A stretch of 64,000 bases of DNA from an uncultured Bacteroidales bacterium (GTDB lineage: Bacteria > Bacteroidota > Bacteroidia > Bacteroidales > UBA932). The stretch spans positions 1,477 to 65,476 of the forward strand of contig ONSC01000007.1 in the NCBI GenBank assembly GCA_900320365.1, read 5' to 3'. Shown here piece after piece: positions 1-9,437 of the stretch. The position numbers and the translations under genes were made by a program. The notes below the pieces were generated by a model. That model had not been told where the DNA came from, made no database searches, and was given only the letters and a program-made list of their open reading frames with translations. Position 1 is the first letter of the stretch, and each line of letters opens with the position of its first letter.

Positions 1-433
1 AGAATTTAACCCGATCTCTAAAAATACCGGCGTCTTCCCGTTGGAACCAACCATGAGTCCCAAAGGGAAAACTCTTTCCCATCGTGGCGAAATCACCGCA
101 ATGAGAGAAAAACCTCCACAATCCGTTCAGATCCCTATAAGCCAAACAATCCGCATCAATGAAGATAGTCTCATCATAAGGTGCTAGCTCAGGGAGGCGC
201 AATTTGTCCAGGAAGGACTTGAAAGGGTTATCAATCAGAATTATGTCATCGAACTCAGAGGTGATGTCATTCTTCTGGTCGCAAATTATCGCGAAAGGCA
301 TAGGCTGCCTGGAGAACAGATGATAAGATCTCAAGAGATTCCTGGCGATCTCGTAATAGTGACGATCCCCTGTCGCGATTGTCACGAATCCCCTCGCATG
401 AGATAATGCCGGCTTGTGAAACGTATGCTCCAT
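1..433 (-). CDS. glycosyltransferase, GT8-like (N-terminal part only; gene runs off the window start)
   Basis: Not in the ORF track (no stop in window). My translation of the minus strand from the ATG at 433-431: MEHTFHKPALSHARGFVTIATGDRHYYEIARNLLRSYHLFSRQPMPFAIICDQ...ETIFIDADCLAYRDLNGLW. The VTIATG..Y N-terminus and DAD (DxD-type) motif fit GT-A/GT8-like enzymes. It starts 4 nt after the stop of the ABC-2 permease on the same strand. Confidence 0.5.
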   Translation of the reverse strand, partial: MEHTFHKPALSHARGFVTIATGDRHYYEIARNLLRSYHLFSRQPMPFAIICDQKNDITSEFDDIILIDNPFKSFLDKLRLPELAPYDETIFIDADCLAYRDLNGLWRFFSHCGDFATMGKSFPFGTHGWFQREDAGIFRDRVKF

Positions 434-437
434 AACC

Positions 438-1280
438 CTACACCGTATCCATGAAATTCCGCTCGACCCGGTTGAAGACTATGATTGAGATGAACAGCAT
501 CACGACCATAAACACGAAACTATACAGGAGTCCTCCCCAGGAAAGCGACCCGCTCCCCAAGACACCATATTTGAAAGCCTCAAAAATAGGAGTCAATGGA
601 TTGAGTTCCAGCGCCCAACGATACTTGTCTCCAGCCGCGCTCAAAGGGTAAATGATTGGGGTCGCGTACATGAGAAGCTGGAGTCCGAAACTGACCAGAT
701 GCTTCAGGTCACGGTACTTTGATGTCAAAGATGAGACGATCAGCCCCCACGACATGGCATGGAACGCCAGCATAAGCACAAGGACCGGTAAAAGGAAAGC
801 AGCGGCGTTCAAAGACAAGTTAACCCCGGCTGATGCGTAGTAGATGTAGACAGCCACGAATAATAGCAGCTGAATAATCATTTTAATCAGATTCGAAGTC
901 AGCGATGCGAGCGGCACCACAAGTCTTGGGAAATAAACCTTTCCGAATACTCCGGCATTATCACTGAACGTATTTGACGAGCCGTTGAAACAGGCGCTGA
1001 AATAGTTCCACAACGTTATTCCAGAAAGATAGAACAGGGGCTGGGGCATTCCATCAGTTGAGATCCCCGCCAATCCTCCGAACACGAACATGTACATCAC
1101 CGTCGTGAAAATCGGCTGGATGATGAACCAAAGCGGGCCGAGGATAGTCTGCTTGTAAACAGTGATGATATCGCGTTTGACATACATATACCAAAGATCA
1201 CGATACCGCCAGATGCCTTTCAAGTCGACATCCAGAAGCTTTTTCTCAGGCTTTATGACAAGTGTCCATTCTTTATCCAT
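438..1280 (-). CDS. ABC-2 type polysaccharide/O-antigen export permease (Wzm/TagG/KpsM-like)
   Basis: 280 aa with multiple hydrophobic segments. The N-terminal YRDLWYMYVKRDIITVYKQTILGPLWFIIQP block is typical of ABC-2 transporter permeases. It is followed directly by a glycosyltransferase. Confidence 0.8.
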   Translation of the reverse strand: MDKEWTLVIKPEKKLLDVDLKGIWRYRDLWYMYVKRDIITVYKQTILGPLWFIIQPIFTTVMYMFVFGGLAGISTDGMPQPLFYLSGITLWNYFSACFNGSSNTFSDNAGVFGKVYFPRLVVPLASLTSNLIKMIIQLLLFVAVYIYYASAGVNLSLNAAAFLLPVLVLMLAFHAMSWGLIVSSLTSKYRDLKHLVSFGLQLLMYATPIIYPLSAAGDKYRWALELNPLTPIFEAFKYGVLGSGSLSWGGLLYSFVFMVVMLFISIIVFNRVERNFMDTV

Positions 1281-1439
1281 ACATACAAAATAACTTCCTG
1301 GTGTTCAAGCATTTCTTGAAATCACCCGGTAACCAATGGAGACGGAGGGGGTCAAAGTCTCCATCAGGCGTTCTCCAATCCAAGAGTGAAGCCTGCTCCC
1401 ATAAAACAAATATAATAAAAAACCTGAAGAGTTAACTTA

Positions 1440-2462
1440 TCAGATGATATCCCGGAGAGCATGCACATTATCCTCAGTTGTCGCCCAACTTGTCACAAAA
1501 CGCACCGCTATCCTTTCCTCATCAACTGGGCACCAATCCTCAAACCGCACCTTGCCATGTAACTCAGACGCCCGTTCCCGTGTCATCACAAAGAACTGCT
1601 GGTTGGTCGGCGAGTCTATGAAAGTCTCATAGCCCTTCTCCAGGAATATTCCCTTCAGGATCGAGGCCATCTCGTCCGCATGGCGGGCGATCCTGAAATA
1701 TAACCCATCGGTGAAAAGGGTATCGAACTGAAGGCCGAGCATCCTTCCCTTGGCCATCAAAGCACCATGCTGCTTTATGGTAGTGAAGAAATGTGCGGGA
1801 GCTCCATGAGTGAAAACGACTGCCTCTCCAAACAAGGCTCCAACCTTGGTGCCCCCAACATAGAAAACGTCGCAAAGCGAGGCGAACTCCCTGATATCAA
1901 TATCGTTAGAGTCGCTCATAAGGCCATATCCCAGCCTCGCGCCGTCGATAAACAGAGGCATGGAATATTTTTGGCAAACCCCATGAAGAGTCTCGAGCTC
2001 CGCCTTTGTATAAATTGTCCCTAATTCCGTCGGGAAAGAGATATACACCATTCCGGGAATGACCATATGCTCGAAAGTTCCATCGGCGTAAAACGCCTCT
2101 AAAAAAGCATCTAACTCTCCAGCATCCATTTTGCCTCCATGATCAGGAAGAGTCAGCACCTTGTGGCCAGTGTATTCCACAGCCCCGCTCTCATGCACTC
2201 CGATATGGCCAGTCCCAACGGCCACTACCCCTTGATACTCCCTAAGGAGAGACGCGATCACAGTGGAATTAGTCTGAGTACCCCCTATAAGGAAAAAGAC
2301 ATCGGCTCCAGGAACCCCGAAGGCCTCCTTAATCTTGGCCTTCGCACTCTCGCAATAATGGTCCAGGCCGTATCCAGGGGTCTGTTCCAGATTTGTCTCA
2401 ACCAGACGCCGGATGATCATCTCATGCGCACCCTCGGTGTAATCGCTCTCAAATGACAACAT
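1440..2462 (-). CDS. ltaE: threonine aldolase / beta-eliminating lyase family PLP enzyme
   Basis: MLSFESDYTEGAHEMIIRRL...GGTQTNSTVI...FIDGARLGYGL...YVGGTKVGALFGEAVVF matches the low-specificity threonine aldolase family. The ORF-track start at 2567 is trimmed to the internal ATG at 2462 because a TATATTTG box lies 36 nt upstream of it. Confidence 0.75.
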   Translation of the reverse strand: MLSFESDYTEGAHEMIIRRLVETNLEQTPGYGLDHYCESAKAKIKEAFGVPGADVFFLIGGTQTNSTVIASLLREYQGVVAVGTGHIGVHESGAVEYTGHKVLTLPDHGGKMDAGELDAFLEAFYADGTFEHMVIPGMVYISFPTELGTIYTKAELETLHGVCQKYSMPLFIDGARLGYGLMSDSNDIDIREFASLCDVFYVGGTKVGALFGEAVVFTHGAPAHFFTTIKQHGALMAKGRMLGLQFDTLFTDGLYFRIARHADEMASILKGIFLEKGYETFIDSPTNQQFFVMTRERASELHGKVRFEDWCPVDEERIAVRFVTSWATTEDNVHALRDII

Positions 2463-2497
2463 GACGGAATATGTATTAAGTGTACTTACAATATCCG

Positions 2498-2505
2498 CAA
2501 ATATA
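2498..2505 (-). promoter_or_regulatory. Bacteroidetes-type -7 promoter box TATATTTG (TAnnTTTG) upstream of the threonine aldolase gene
   Basis: Plus-strand caaatata reads TATATTTG on the minus strand, 36 nt upstream of the ATG at 2462. Confidence 0.45.
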
Positions 2506-2663
2506 ACGATTTTAATCGAACCCAAGTTATGAACATCGGGTGTTGATAACTTTTCGCCTTCCGCCATCGACCTTGCTTGCTCCTCTCGGAGTTTCTATCT
2601 AATTTAGCATGCTTTCATAGCTACTATTTATGCTTTATTTAAAACAAATATAATATCAATCAC

Positions 2664-5588
2664 ATGAAAAAAACACTGCTATTACTCTTCTCTCTCGTAC
2701 TTGCGTTGACAGGCTGCAAGTACGATGACTCGAGCCTTTGGGAGGAGATTAACGCCCAAAAAGCGAAGATAACCGCCCTGGAAGGCACAGTCTCGACTAT
2801 GAACTCAAACCTCGGGGCCTTGCAATCCCTTGTCTCATCCGTCCAGGGTCAGGTCACCGTCAACGCGGTCACCAAGAACGATGACGGATACACTATCTAC
2901 TTCTCAGACGGCAAGACCGCTAAAATTAAGGATGGATCCGACGGCGAGGATGGCAAGACACCTCAAATCGGAGCAAAGGCCGACTCTGACGGCAGTTATT
3001 ATTGGACCGTGAACGGGAGTTGGCTCCTTGACTCACAAGGTGCCAAAGTATCCACGAGCAACACCCCGAAGGTAAAGATCGAGAATGACCAGTGGATGGT
3101 CTCTTATGACAACGGCGCCAACTGGACCAAGATCGAAGGCCAGGGAGCTTCAGCTTCAATGTTCAAGGACGTGGAGACAACTGACAGCGACGCCATTTTC
3201 ACCCTTTATGACGGAACCGTCATCACAGTGCCTCTCACAGGGGCCGCCCCGAAGCTCCAGCTTGTCTTCGACGAGAGTGTTTTCGCCAAGATGCGCAATG
3301 GTGAGCTACTCAGCACAGCATACAAGATTATCGCTCCAGAAGGTGCCAAGGTAAGCATCGAGACTTTTGAAAGCACTGGTTGGACTGTCACATTCCACGA
3401 GACAAGCGACAGGGCTGGTAGGGTCTCTATCAAAGCTCCCGCCAAGGTCACTGATGCCAAGATACTCTTCCTTCTCACTGACGACAAGGTCAAGATAATC
3501 AACATCGGCCTCAACGAGTCCGCGAAACCTACCGTCAAGACCAGCTACGAGGTCGATTACACGGGTGGAGAGATTGTGATCCCGATCGCTTCCTCCACCG
3601 TTACAATCGGTGACACCGGCGAGAACTGGATGGAGGTTGTCTCCGTTGGAGACGAGGTGGTCCTCAAACTCTCTGAGAATGATTCTTACGACTGGAGGAC
3701 TGCCAGGGTCACCCTTGAGGACGGTACCGTCATCACTATCACCCAGCTCACAAAGGATGCCCTCTTCCTCACAAAGAGCGATATCCAGATTGACGGAAGA
3801 CGTCAGATAGTACCTGTGGTCGTCAACACGAACATCACCGGACTCAGCGTCACTGTGACCGAAGGCTCCGACTGGCTCTCAGCGACTCCTTCGACAAGGG
3901 CTCTCTCCCAGAAGATTTACAACTTCACCGCGAAGAGGAATACCTCCGAGGCGGAAAGGACTGCCAAGGTCGAGATCTCCGGAAAGAATCTAAAGGTGGC
4001 CTGCACCATCACTCAGAGCGTATTTGAAGGAGATCCTTCAATGGATGTGACTGAGGCCTCAGCAGCGGAGGAAGGAGAGGAGGTTGAGCTTAAGACCTCT
4101 ATCATTGTTGCCGGAACTACTGATGGATATGTGGTCTCCGACGGATCAAGCTATCTGTTCATCACTGATCCTAGCCATGCTCCACAGTGGGCAGGAGACT
4201 CTGTGAAGTTCTCAGCTACAGCCACTTCCTTTAATAGCATGCCTGCTCTCGAATCAGTTCAGGGTTATACTGTCACTAAGGAGAAGAACTCAATACTTAG
4301 CCACCTTAGCTCCGCCAAGGACATCACGTCTTCAATCAGTACTTATTCCTCGGGAGTCCCCACAGTGATTAAGGTCACCGGAGACTTCTATGTGGATAAT
4401 TCAGGCAGTTATTACTTGATCGTGAAGGGCTCTGGCAAGAGAGTCGACATCTATAAGCCAGCCTCCTATACCGCTATCAATGAAAACCTGACCAACCACA
4501 ATGTTACCATCACTGGTATTTACTACGGAGCGTCAGGTGGCGCGATCACCGTTATCGCCATGAAGAGGGACGACAACGGCGCCACTATTGTCGAGGGTGA
4601 TCAGGTCTCCGTGGCCCAGTTCCTTGCCATGGCTAACACCCAGCTTTCGCTGAAGGTCGGTCCTGGACTTGTTGTCGCCTCATCTTCAGCTGGCTTCCTT
4701 ATGGACCAGGATGGCGCGAAGATTTATGTCCGTAATGGAAAGGCCAAAGTCGGTGATAACGTGATAGTGGAAGGTAAGTATTCCACTTATCAGAACTCGC
4801 CTCAAATCAACGGCCCTACAAGTGTTACAGTCAACTCCAGTGGTAACGCTGTCACTCATCCTGATCCTAAGGATATCACCTCCAGTTTCGCTTCATATAC
4901 CTCGAACGATAGAGAGTTCGTGACCTACTCCGGTACGCTGAACATCGATGGTAATTATTACAACATTACCGTAGGAGGTTCAACTTCCGTGACCGGTAGT
5001 ATCCTGAAACCTACGGAGGATATTGCTTCCCTGAACGGTGAGACTGTCACGGTCAAGGGTTACTACCTCTACCATGCCTCACAAGGCAAGTACCTCTATA
5101 TCATCGCCACTGAGATTAACGGGATCGCCCTTGTAGGCCCCGAAGCCCAAGGTGGCGGCGGCGGTGACACTCCTGGTGGTTCAGTTTCAGGCAACACTAT
5201 CGTATTCGCCGATCTTGGCATTGAGAATGGAAAGCAATACAACGGAAGCGGTGATGACAAGACTATAATCCAATCCACCGACTTCAGGATTTGCTTCGGA
5301 AAGGGCGGCAACGATGGTAAATACTATACGACAGGTGAAGGTATCCGTACTTATGGCGGAGGTTACATCCGAGTCGAGTCTTCAACAAAGACTATCTCCA
5401 AAATTGTATTCACATTCGCCTCTGGCAGCAGTTACAAGCCGAACGCCTCAGACTGCACAGTAAGTCCAGGTTCCTTCGACTATAGTTCAACCACATGGAC
5501 GGGCTCAGCCTCGTCAGTTGTCTTGACAAGAAGTAGCGGTTCAGGACACTGGCGTCTGCAGAAGGTTGAGGTGACATTCGCGGATTAG
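2664..5588 (+). CDS. large surface lipoprotein: DUF4988-like coiled-coil N-terminus, BACON-like domains, two tandem A-B repeat modules (A halves OB-fold-like) and a distinct C-terminal domain
   Basis: Lipoprotein signal MKKTLLLLFSLVLALTGC. The coiled-coil plus GSDGEDGKTPQIG...YYWTVNG segment resembles the DUF4988-type N-terminus of Bacteroidales surface proteins. Two W..V/A...R.A.V.L/I...ITQ segments resemble BACON domains. An internal 184-aa repeat is marked by KDITSSISTYSSG and KDITSSFASYTSN. A poly-Gly linker precedes the last ~140 aa. Confidence 0.6.
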   Translation: MKKTLLLLFSLVLALTGCKYDDSSLWEEINAQKAKITALEGTVSTMNSNLGALQSLVSSVQGQVTVNAVTKNDDGYTIYFSDGKTAKIKDGSDGEDGKTPQIGAKADSDGSYYWTVNGSWLLDSQGAKVSTSNTPKVKIENDQWMVSYDNGANWTKIEGQGASASMFKDVETTDSDAIFTLYDGTVITVPLTGAAPKLQLVFDESVFAKMRNGELLSTAYKIIAPEGAKVSIETFESTGWTVTFHETSDRAGRVSIKAPAKVTDAKILFLLTDDKVKIINIGLNESAKPTVKTSYEVDYTGGEIVIPIASSTVTIGDTGENWMEVVSVGDEVVLKLSENDSYDWRTARVTLEDGTVITITQLTKDALFLTKSDIQIDGRRQIVPVVVNTNITGLSVTVTEGSDWLSATPSTRALSQKIYNFTAKRNTSEAERTAKVEISGKNLKVACTITQSVFEGDPSMDVTEASAAEEGEEVELKTSIIVAGTTDGYVVSDGSSYLFITDPSHAPQWAGDSVKFSATATSFNSMPALESVQGYTVTKEKNSILSHLSSAKDITSSISTYSSGVPTVIKVTGDFYVDNSGSYYLIVKGSGKRVDIYKPASYTAINENLTNHNVTITGIYYGASGGAITVIAMKRDDNGATIVEGDQVSVAQFLAMANTQLSLKVGPGLVVASSSAGFLMDQDGAKIYVRNGKAKVGDNVIVEGKYSTYQNSPQINGPTSVTVNSSGNAVTHPDPKDITSSFASYTSNDREFVTYSGTLNIDGNYYNITVGGSTSVTGSILKPTEDIASLNGETVTVKGYYLYHASQGKYLYIIATEINGIALVGPEAQGGGGGDTPGGSVSGNTIVFADLGIENGKQYNGSGDDKTIIQSTDFRICFGKGGNDGKYYTTGEGIRTYGGGYIRVESSTKTISKIVFTFASGSSYKPNASDCTVSPGSFDYSSTTWTGSASSVVLTRSSGSGHWRLQKVEVTFAD

Positions 5589-5606
5589 TCCCAGGTACTA
5601 TTTATG

Positions 5607-5637
5607 AAGGAGGCGCTCCAAGTTGGAGCGCCTCCTT
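5607..5637. terminator. bidirectional rho-independent terminator hairpin between convergent genes
   Basis: Perfect 14-bp inverted repeat aaggaggcgctcca-agt-tggagcgcctcctt, flanked by T-rich sequence on the plus strand (tttat) and A-rich sequence upstream. It sits between the lipoprotein stop (5588) and the malQ stop (5680). Confidence 0.65.
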
Positions 5638-5679
5638 TATTGTCTCATACAGAACCCGTGTCCAACAACGGTAAACAAT

Positions 5680-8070
5680 CTACCTTCCTGAAGCGGAAAT
5701 CAAATCCTTAAGCCTGGAGTTGAACCCTGCGCGGGTAAGTAGATCCTCAAGAGTTGTGTGCATCCTCCAGCGCCAATAGTGCCTGGGGTTAGCGGGGACA
5801 TTAATCCGCTCGTCAGCCGGATCGCCCTGATAACGGACTTCCCCGTCAATCGAGAGCCAATCCTGCAAAGGCAGGATGCAGAACATGGAGGGCGACTCGA
5901 GATGCTGGCGGATTATCTTCTCGCAAATCCAAGGCTCGCAGAAAGAAGGAGCCTGACCCTCACAATGGAGCATCTCATGGAAGTATCTGGAAGTTAGCTC
6001 CCTATCTTCTTCCCACCACGCCCTGAGTGAAGACGTGTCATGAGATCCTGTAGTGCAGACAGATAGATAGGGGTATCTGGAAGGATCCCCGAAAGCATCT
6101 TCCGGTGACTTCGGCATCCTCTGGACCTCAAGAGAAAGAATCTTGAGCTCATCCATCACCTCTGGAACACAAGCCGGGATCATTCCCAAATCCTCACCAC
6201 AAGCGAGCATTCCGGTTGAATCCAGCAAAGCGGGAAGCTTTCTCATAGCCGTTTCCTTCCAGAAGGCGTTGTGGCGGCGATAGAAGAAATCATTGTATAG
6301 GTTGTCATATTCATCCTTGTGCCACTGATCAAGAGCCTCGAAAGCGGCGGTCTTTTGCGAAGAGATACGAGGATGGTACCATCCGTGGCGATGGGGGTCC
6401 GGGACGAAAAGATCGGAATCCGGATTGAAGCCACGACCACGAAGCTCGTCTGCAGAATAAGGCAAAGCCGGATTGAAATGGCCCAGAAGCCCAGACTTTA
6501 TGCCCAGCGGAATCTCCCAAATGCGGAAAAACCCGAGAATATGGTCAATCCTGAAAGCATCAAAGTACTCGCTCATCTTCGCGAGACGGGCTTTCCACCA
6601 GCCATAACCATCCTTGGCCATCTCTTCCCAATTGTAAGTCGGGAATCCCCAGTTCTGTCCGTCTTCAGAGAAAGCGTCCGGCGGGGCTCCCGCTTGGGAG
6701 TCAAGATTGAACAGCTCCGGATATTGCCATGCGTCGACACTATCACGGCTTATTCCAATCGGAAGGTCGCCTTTGATCGCGATTCCTTTGGAATGAGCAT
6801 ACGAGACGGCGTCTTTGAGTTGAGAGTCAAGACAGAATTGCTCCCAGCAATAGAAATCCATCTTCTCCCCATGGATCTTCCGGAAAGCCTCAACTCCACT
6901 CTTTGAATAAACACTCAATTCCGTCCATTTCCCGAACTGTGGAGTACAGTTAAGGTCCCTTAGAACGCAGAAAGCGGCGTATGGGACAAGCCAATGCTCA
7001 TTGGCCGAGAAAAATGATTTATATTCCTCACTCTCAAGCACTTCCGCCCCAATAGACTGGAAAGCAGCCTGCAGGAGAAGGGTTTTCTCATTGTTAACCC
7101 TCTCATAATCTATCTGAGGCAAAGAGTTCAACTCCTTCTGGAGAGTCTTATATTCCTTAGTCTTTTTTACCCCAGCTTCCGGAAGTGATATGAACTGCGG
7201 GTGGAGGGCGAAGGTGGAGTTAGCGTTATAGGGATATGAATCCGTCCACGAGCGTGTCATAGTCGTGTCGTTGATCGGGAGGATCTGGATGATGCTTTGC
7301 CCGGTCGCCACAGCCCAGTCCACCAGTTTTTTCAAGTCTTTGAACTCTCCGACACCGAAACTGTCCTCACTCCTGAGCGAGAAGACTGGGATGGCGACAC
7401 CTGTTCCCCTCCATGGCTGCCTCCCGAAGACCGGATCAGACTCCCGGACAACTAGAAGAGTCCCTTCCTGGACAGCTGATACGAGTCTCCTGTTCGGACC
7501 TGACTCCCATAGCTTTGCCTGGCCTGTCGCCTCATCAAGAATAACGAATTTATACTCACCTACTTCCTTCGAATTCAAAGAAACTCTCCAGAGCGGCCCA
7601 TCCGTCAAAGGAATGAACTTCTTCCAATCGTCAAACAATGATCCGCTGCCGGTCACAGCGAGAATCTCACCCCGATGGATTCCGGGAGCCGCGACTATCA
7701 GTGTCATGTCACCAGCATGTCTTCTTGGAGATATCGCCTTCCCGCCGAAAATCACATCCGTGAAAGCCTTGGTCCAGAAAGGGGCATCCGATGGCCGGTC
7801 GTTCCAACGGTCCCTGACCTCAACGGAAGTGATCTTCCTCGAAGATGGGATATTCAATGTGTGCCCAGCCCACTCACGGCGGACTATTTTCCCATCACGC
7901 CTGAGAACAAAACCATATTCGACCACCTTCCAAGTGGATGGCACTTTTACCTCGGCGCTCCAAACGCCGTCAGAGACATAACTCATCGGGGTCTCCTTAC
8001 CATCAGGCCAAAGATAGGAAAGGGACTCCCCCGGGACAGTGAAGTATTCAATACTTATTGTGATACGCAT
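5680..8070 (-). CDS. malQ: 4-alpha-glucanotransferase (amylomaltase, GH77) with N-terminal CBM20-like starch-binding modules
   Basis: 796 aa. GVGEFKDLKKLVDWAVATGQSIIQILPINDT, ...FRIDHILGFFRIWEIP and ...GEDLGMIP are GH77 signature regions. The N-terminal ~220 aa are beta-rich and CBM20-like. Confidence 0.9.
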   Translation of the reverse strand: MRITISIEYFTVPGESLSYLWPDGKETPMSYVSDGVWSAEVKVPSTWKVVEYGFVLRRDGKIVRREWAGHTLNIPSSRKITSVEVRDRWNDRPSDAPFWTKAFTDVIFGGKAISPRRHAGDMTLIVAAPGIHRGEILAVTGSGSLFDDWKKFIPLTDGPLWRVSLNSKEVGEYKFVILDEATGQAKLWESGPNRRLVSAVQEGTLLVVRESDPVFGRQPWRGTGVAIPVFSLRSEDSFGVGEFKDLKKLVDWAVATGQSIIQILPINDTTMTRSWTDSYPYNANSTFALHPQFISLPEAGVKKTKEYKTLQKELNSLPQIDYERVNNEKTLLLQAAFQSIGAEVLESEEYKSFFSANEHWLVPYAAFCVLRDLNCTPQFGKWTELSVYSKSGVEAFRKIHGEKMDFYCWEQFCLDSQLKDAVSYAHSKGIAIKGDLPIGISRDSVDAWQYPELFNLDSQAGAPPDAFSEDGQNWGFPTYNWEEMAKDGYGWWKARLAKMSEYFDAFRIDHILGFFRIWEIPLGIKSGLLGHFNPALPYSADELRGRGFNPDSDLFVPDPHRHGWYHPRISSQKTAAFEALDQWHKDEYDNLYNDFFYRRHNAFWKETAMRKLPALLDSTGMLACGEDLGMIPACVPEVMDELKILSLEVQRMPKSPEDAFGDPSRYPYLSVCTTGSHDTSSLRAWWEEDRELTSRYFHEMLHCEGQAPSFCEPWICEKIIRQHLESPSMFCILPLQDWLSIDGEVRYQGDPADERINVPANPRHYWRWRMHTTLEDLLTRAGFNSRLKDLISASGR

Positions 8071-8168
8071 AACATAACCGGCGGCCTTGTTCCGCCATTA
8101 AAACGCAATATAGCCAAAATATCCGAAAATGGTTATATTCGCGGGCACAATCGGTCACATACACACAC

Positions 8169-9437
8169 ATGGACAGAAATGAAATAGAGATAATGGCTCC
8201 GGCGGGAAACTTCGAGTGTCTCACCGCCGCCATCGAGGGTGGAGCTGACTCAGTCTATTTCGGTGTGGGCCGCCTTAACATGCGCTCACACTCCGCCAAC
8301 AACTTTTCCCCGGAGGATCTTCCGGAGATCACCAGGATTTGCCGCTCCGCCGGAGTCAAGACATATATGACCCTCAACATTGTGCTTTATGATAATGATC
8401 TGGAGCCGATGAGGGAGGCGCTTGACGCCGCTAGAAAAGCCGGAGTGGACGCCATCATCGCATCAGACATGGCGGCGATCCAGTACTGCAAGGAAATCGG
8501 CATTGAAGTCCATGCGTCAACTCAACTGAATGTATCCAATATAGAAGCGTTAAGATTCTGGGCAAGGTTCGCCGATGTCGTGGTTCTAGCCAGGGAACTC
8601 AGTTTGCCACAGGTCAAAGCCATCAGTGAAGCCATTGAGCGAGAGAGGATTACAGGACCTTCCGGGAATCTGGTCAGGTTAGAGATGTTCTCACACGGGG
8701 CCCTTTGCATGGCCGTGTCAGGTAAATGCTACCTCAGCCTCCATGCCTATGGGAAATCAGGCAACCGCGGTGAGTGCTACCAAATCTGCCGCCGGGGATA
8801 TGAGGTAACGGATCTTGAGACAGGATACAAACTGAACATCGACAACAAATATATCATGTCTCCTAAGGACCTATGCACCATAGAGTTCCTGGACAAGATG
8901 ATAGACTCCGGGGTAAAGGTCTTCAAAATCGAGGGCAGGGCGAGATCTGCCGAATATGTGAAGAGGACATCGGAGTGCTATCGTAAAGCCGCTGATGCGG
9001 TCTGTGACGGGACATTCTCCCCAGAACTGGGAAAACACCTGAAAGACAAGCTTTCCGAAGTCTTCAACCGAGGATTTTGGGACGGTTACTATCAAGGTGC
9101 CAAATTGGGAGAATGGAGTGAGATATACGGCAGCCATGCCCGCAGGAGGAAGACTTATGTCGGAAAAGTCACCAACTGGTACGACCGCCTCAGCGTCGCC
9201 GAGATTCTTATTGAGTCTTATTCGATAAAGATAGGAAATGAATACCTGGCAATAGGCCAGTCCACAGGGGTGTATGAAGGAAAGGTGGATGAGATAAGAG
9301 TCGACCTTAAACCAGTCATGGAGGCCCTTAAAGGCGATCTATGCTCGATACCGGTCTCCTTCCCGGAGGATTGGAAAGGTGACCGTAAGCTTCGTAGAGG
9401 GGATAGGATCTACCTCTGGGAAGTGGACGGCGAATGA
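8169..9437 (+). CDS. peptidase U32 family protein
   Basis: 422 aa. EIMAPAGNFECLTAAIEGGADSVYFG, ...MFSHGALCMAVSGKCYLS and ...FKIEGRARSAEYV are typical U32 (collagenase-like / RlhA-TrhP-UbiU family) motifs. Confidence 0.85.
   Translation: MDRNEIEIMAPAGNFECLTAAIEGGADSVYFGVGRLNMRSHSANNFSPEDLPEITRICRSAGVKTYMTLNIVLYDNDLEPMREALDAARKAGVDAIIASDMAAIQYCKEIGIEVHASTQLNVSNIEALRFWARFADVVVLARELSLPQVKAISEAIERERITGPSGNLVRLEMFSHGALCMAVSGKCYLSLHAYGKSGNRGECYQICRRGYEVTDLETGYKLNIDNKYIMSPKDLCTIEFLDKMIDSGVKVFKIEGRARSAEYVKRTSECYRKAADAVCDGTFSPELGKHLKDKLSEVFNRGFWDGYYQGAKLGEWSEIYGSHARRRKTYVGKVTNWYDRLSVAEILIESYSIKIGNEYLAIGQSTGVYEGKVDEIRVDLKPVMEALKGDLCSIPVSFPEDWKGDRKLRRGDRIYLWEVDGE

Noticed and set aside
1281-1439. 159-bp spacer with an atggagac...gtctccat hairpin (1346-1373) and a gggggtcaaag segment faintly reminiscent of a tRNA T-arm.
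   Set aside because: No cloverleaf can be drawn, there is no anticodon stem, and the hairpin lacks a U-tract. I treat it as an ordinary intergenic spacer.
5141-5175. ggtggcggcggcggtgac GGC-rich microrepeat.
   Set aside because: It encodes an in-frame GGGGGD inter-domain linker of the lipoprotein. It has no palindromy and no similarity to the dispersed elements.
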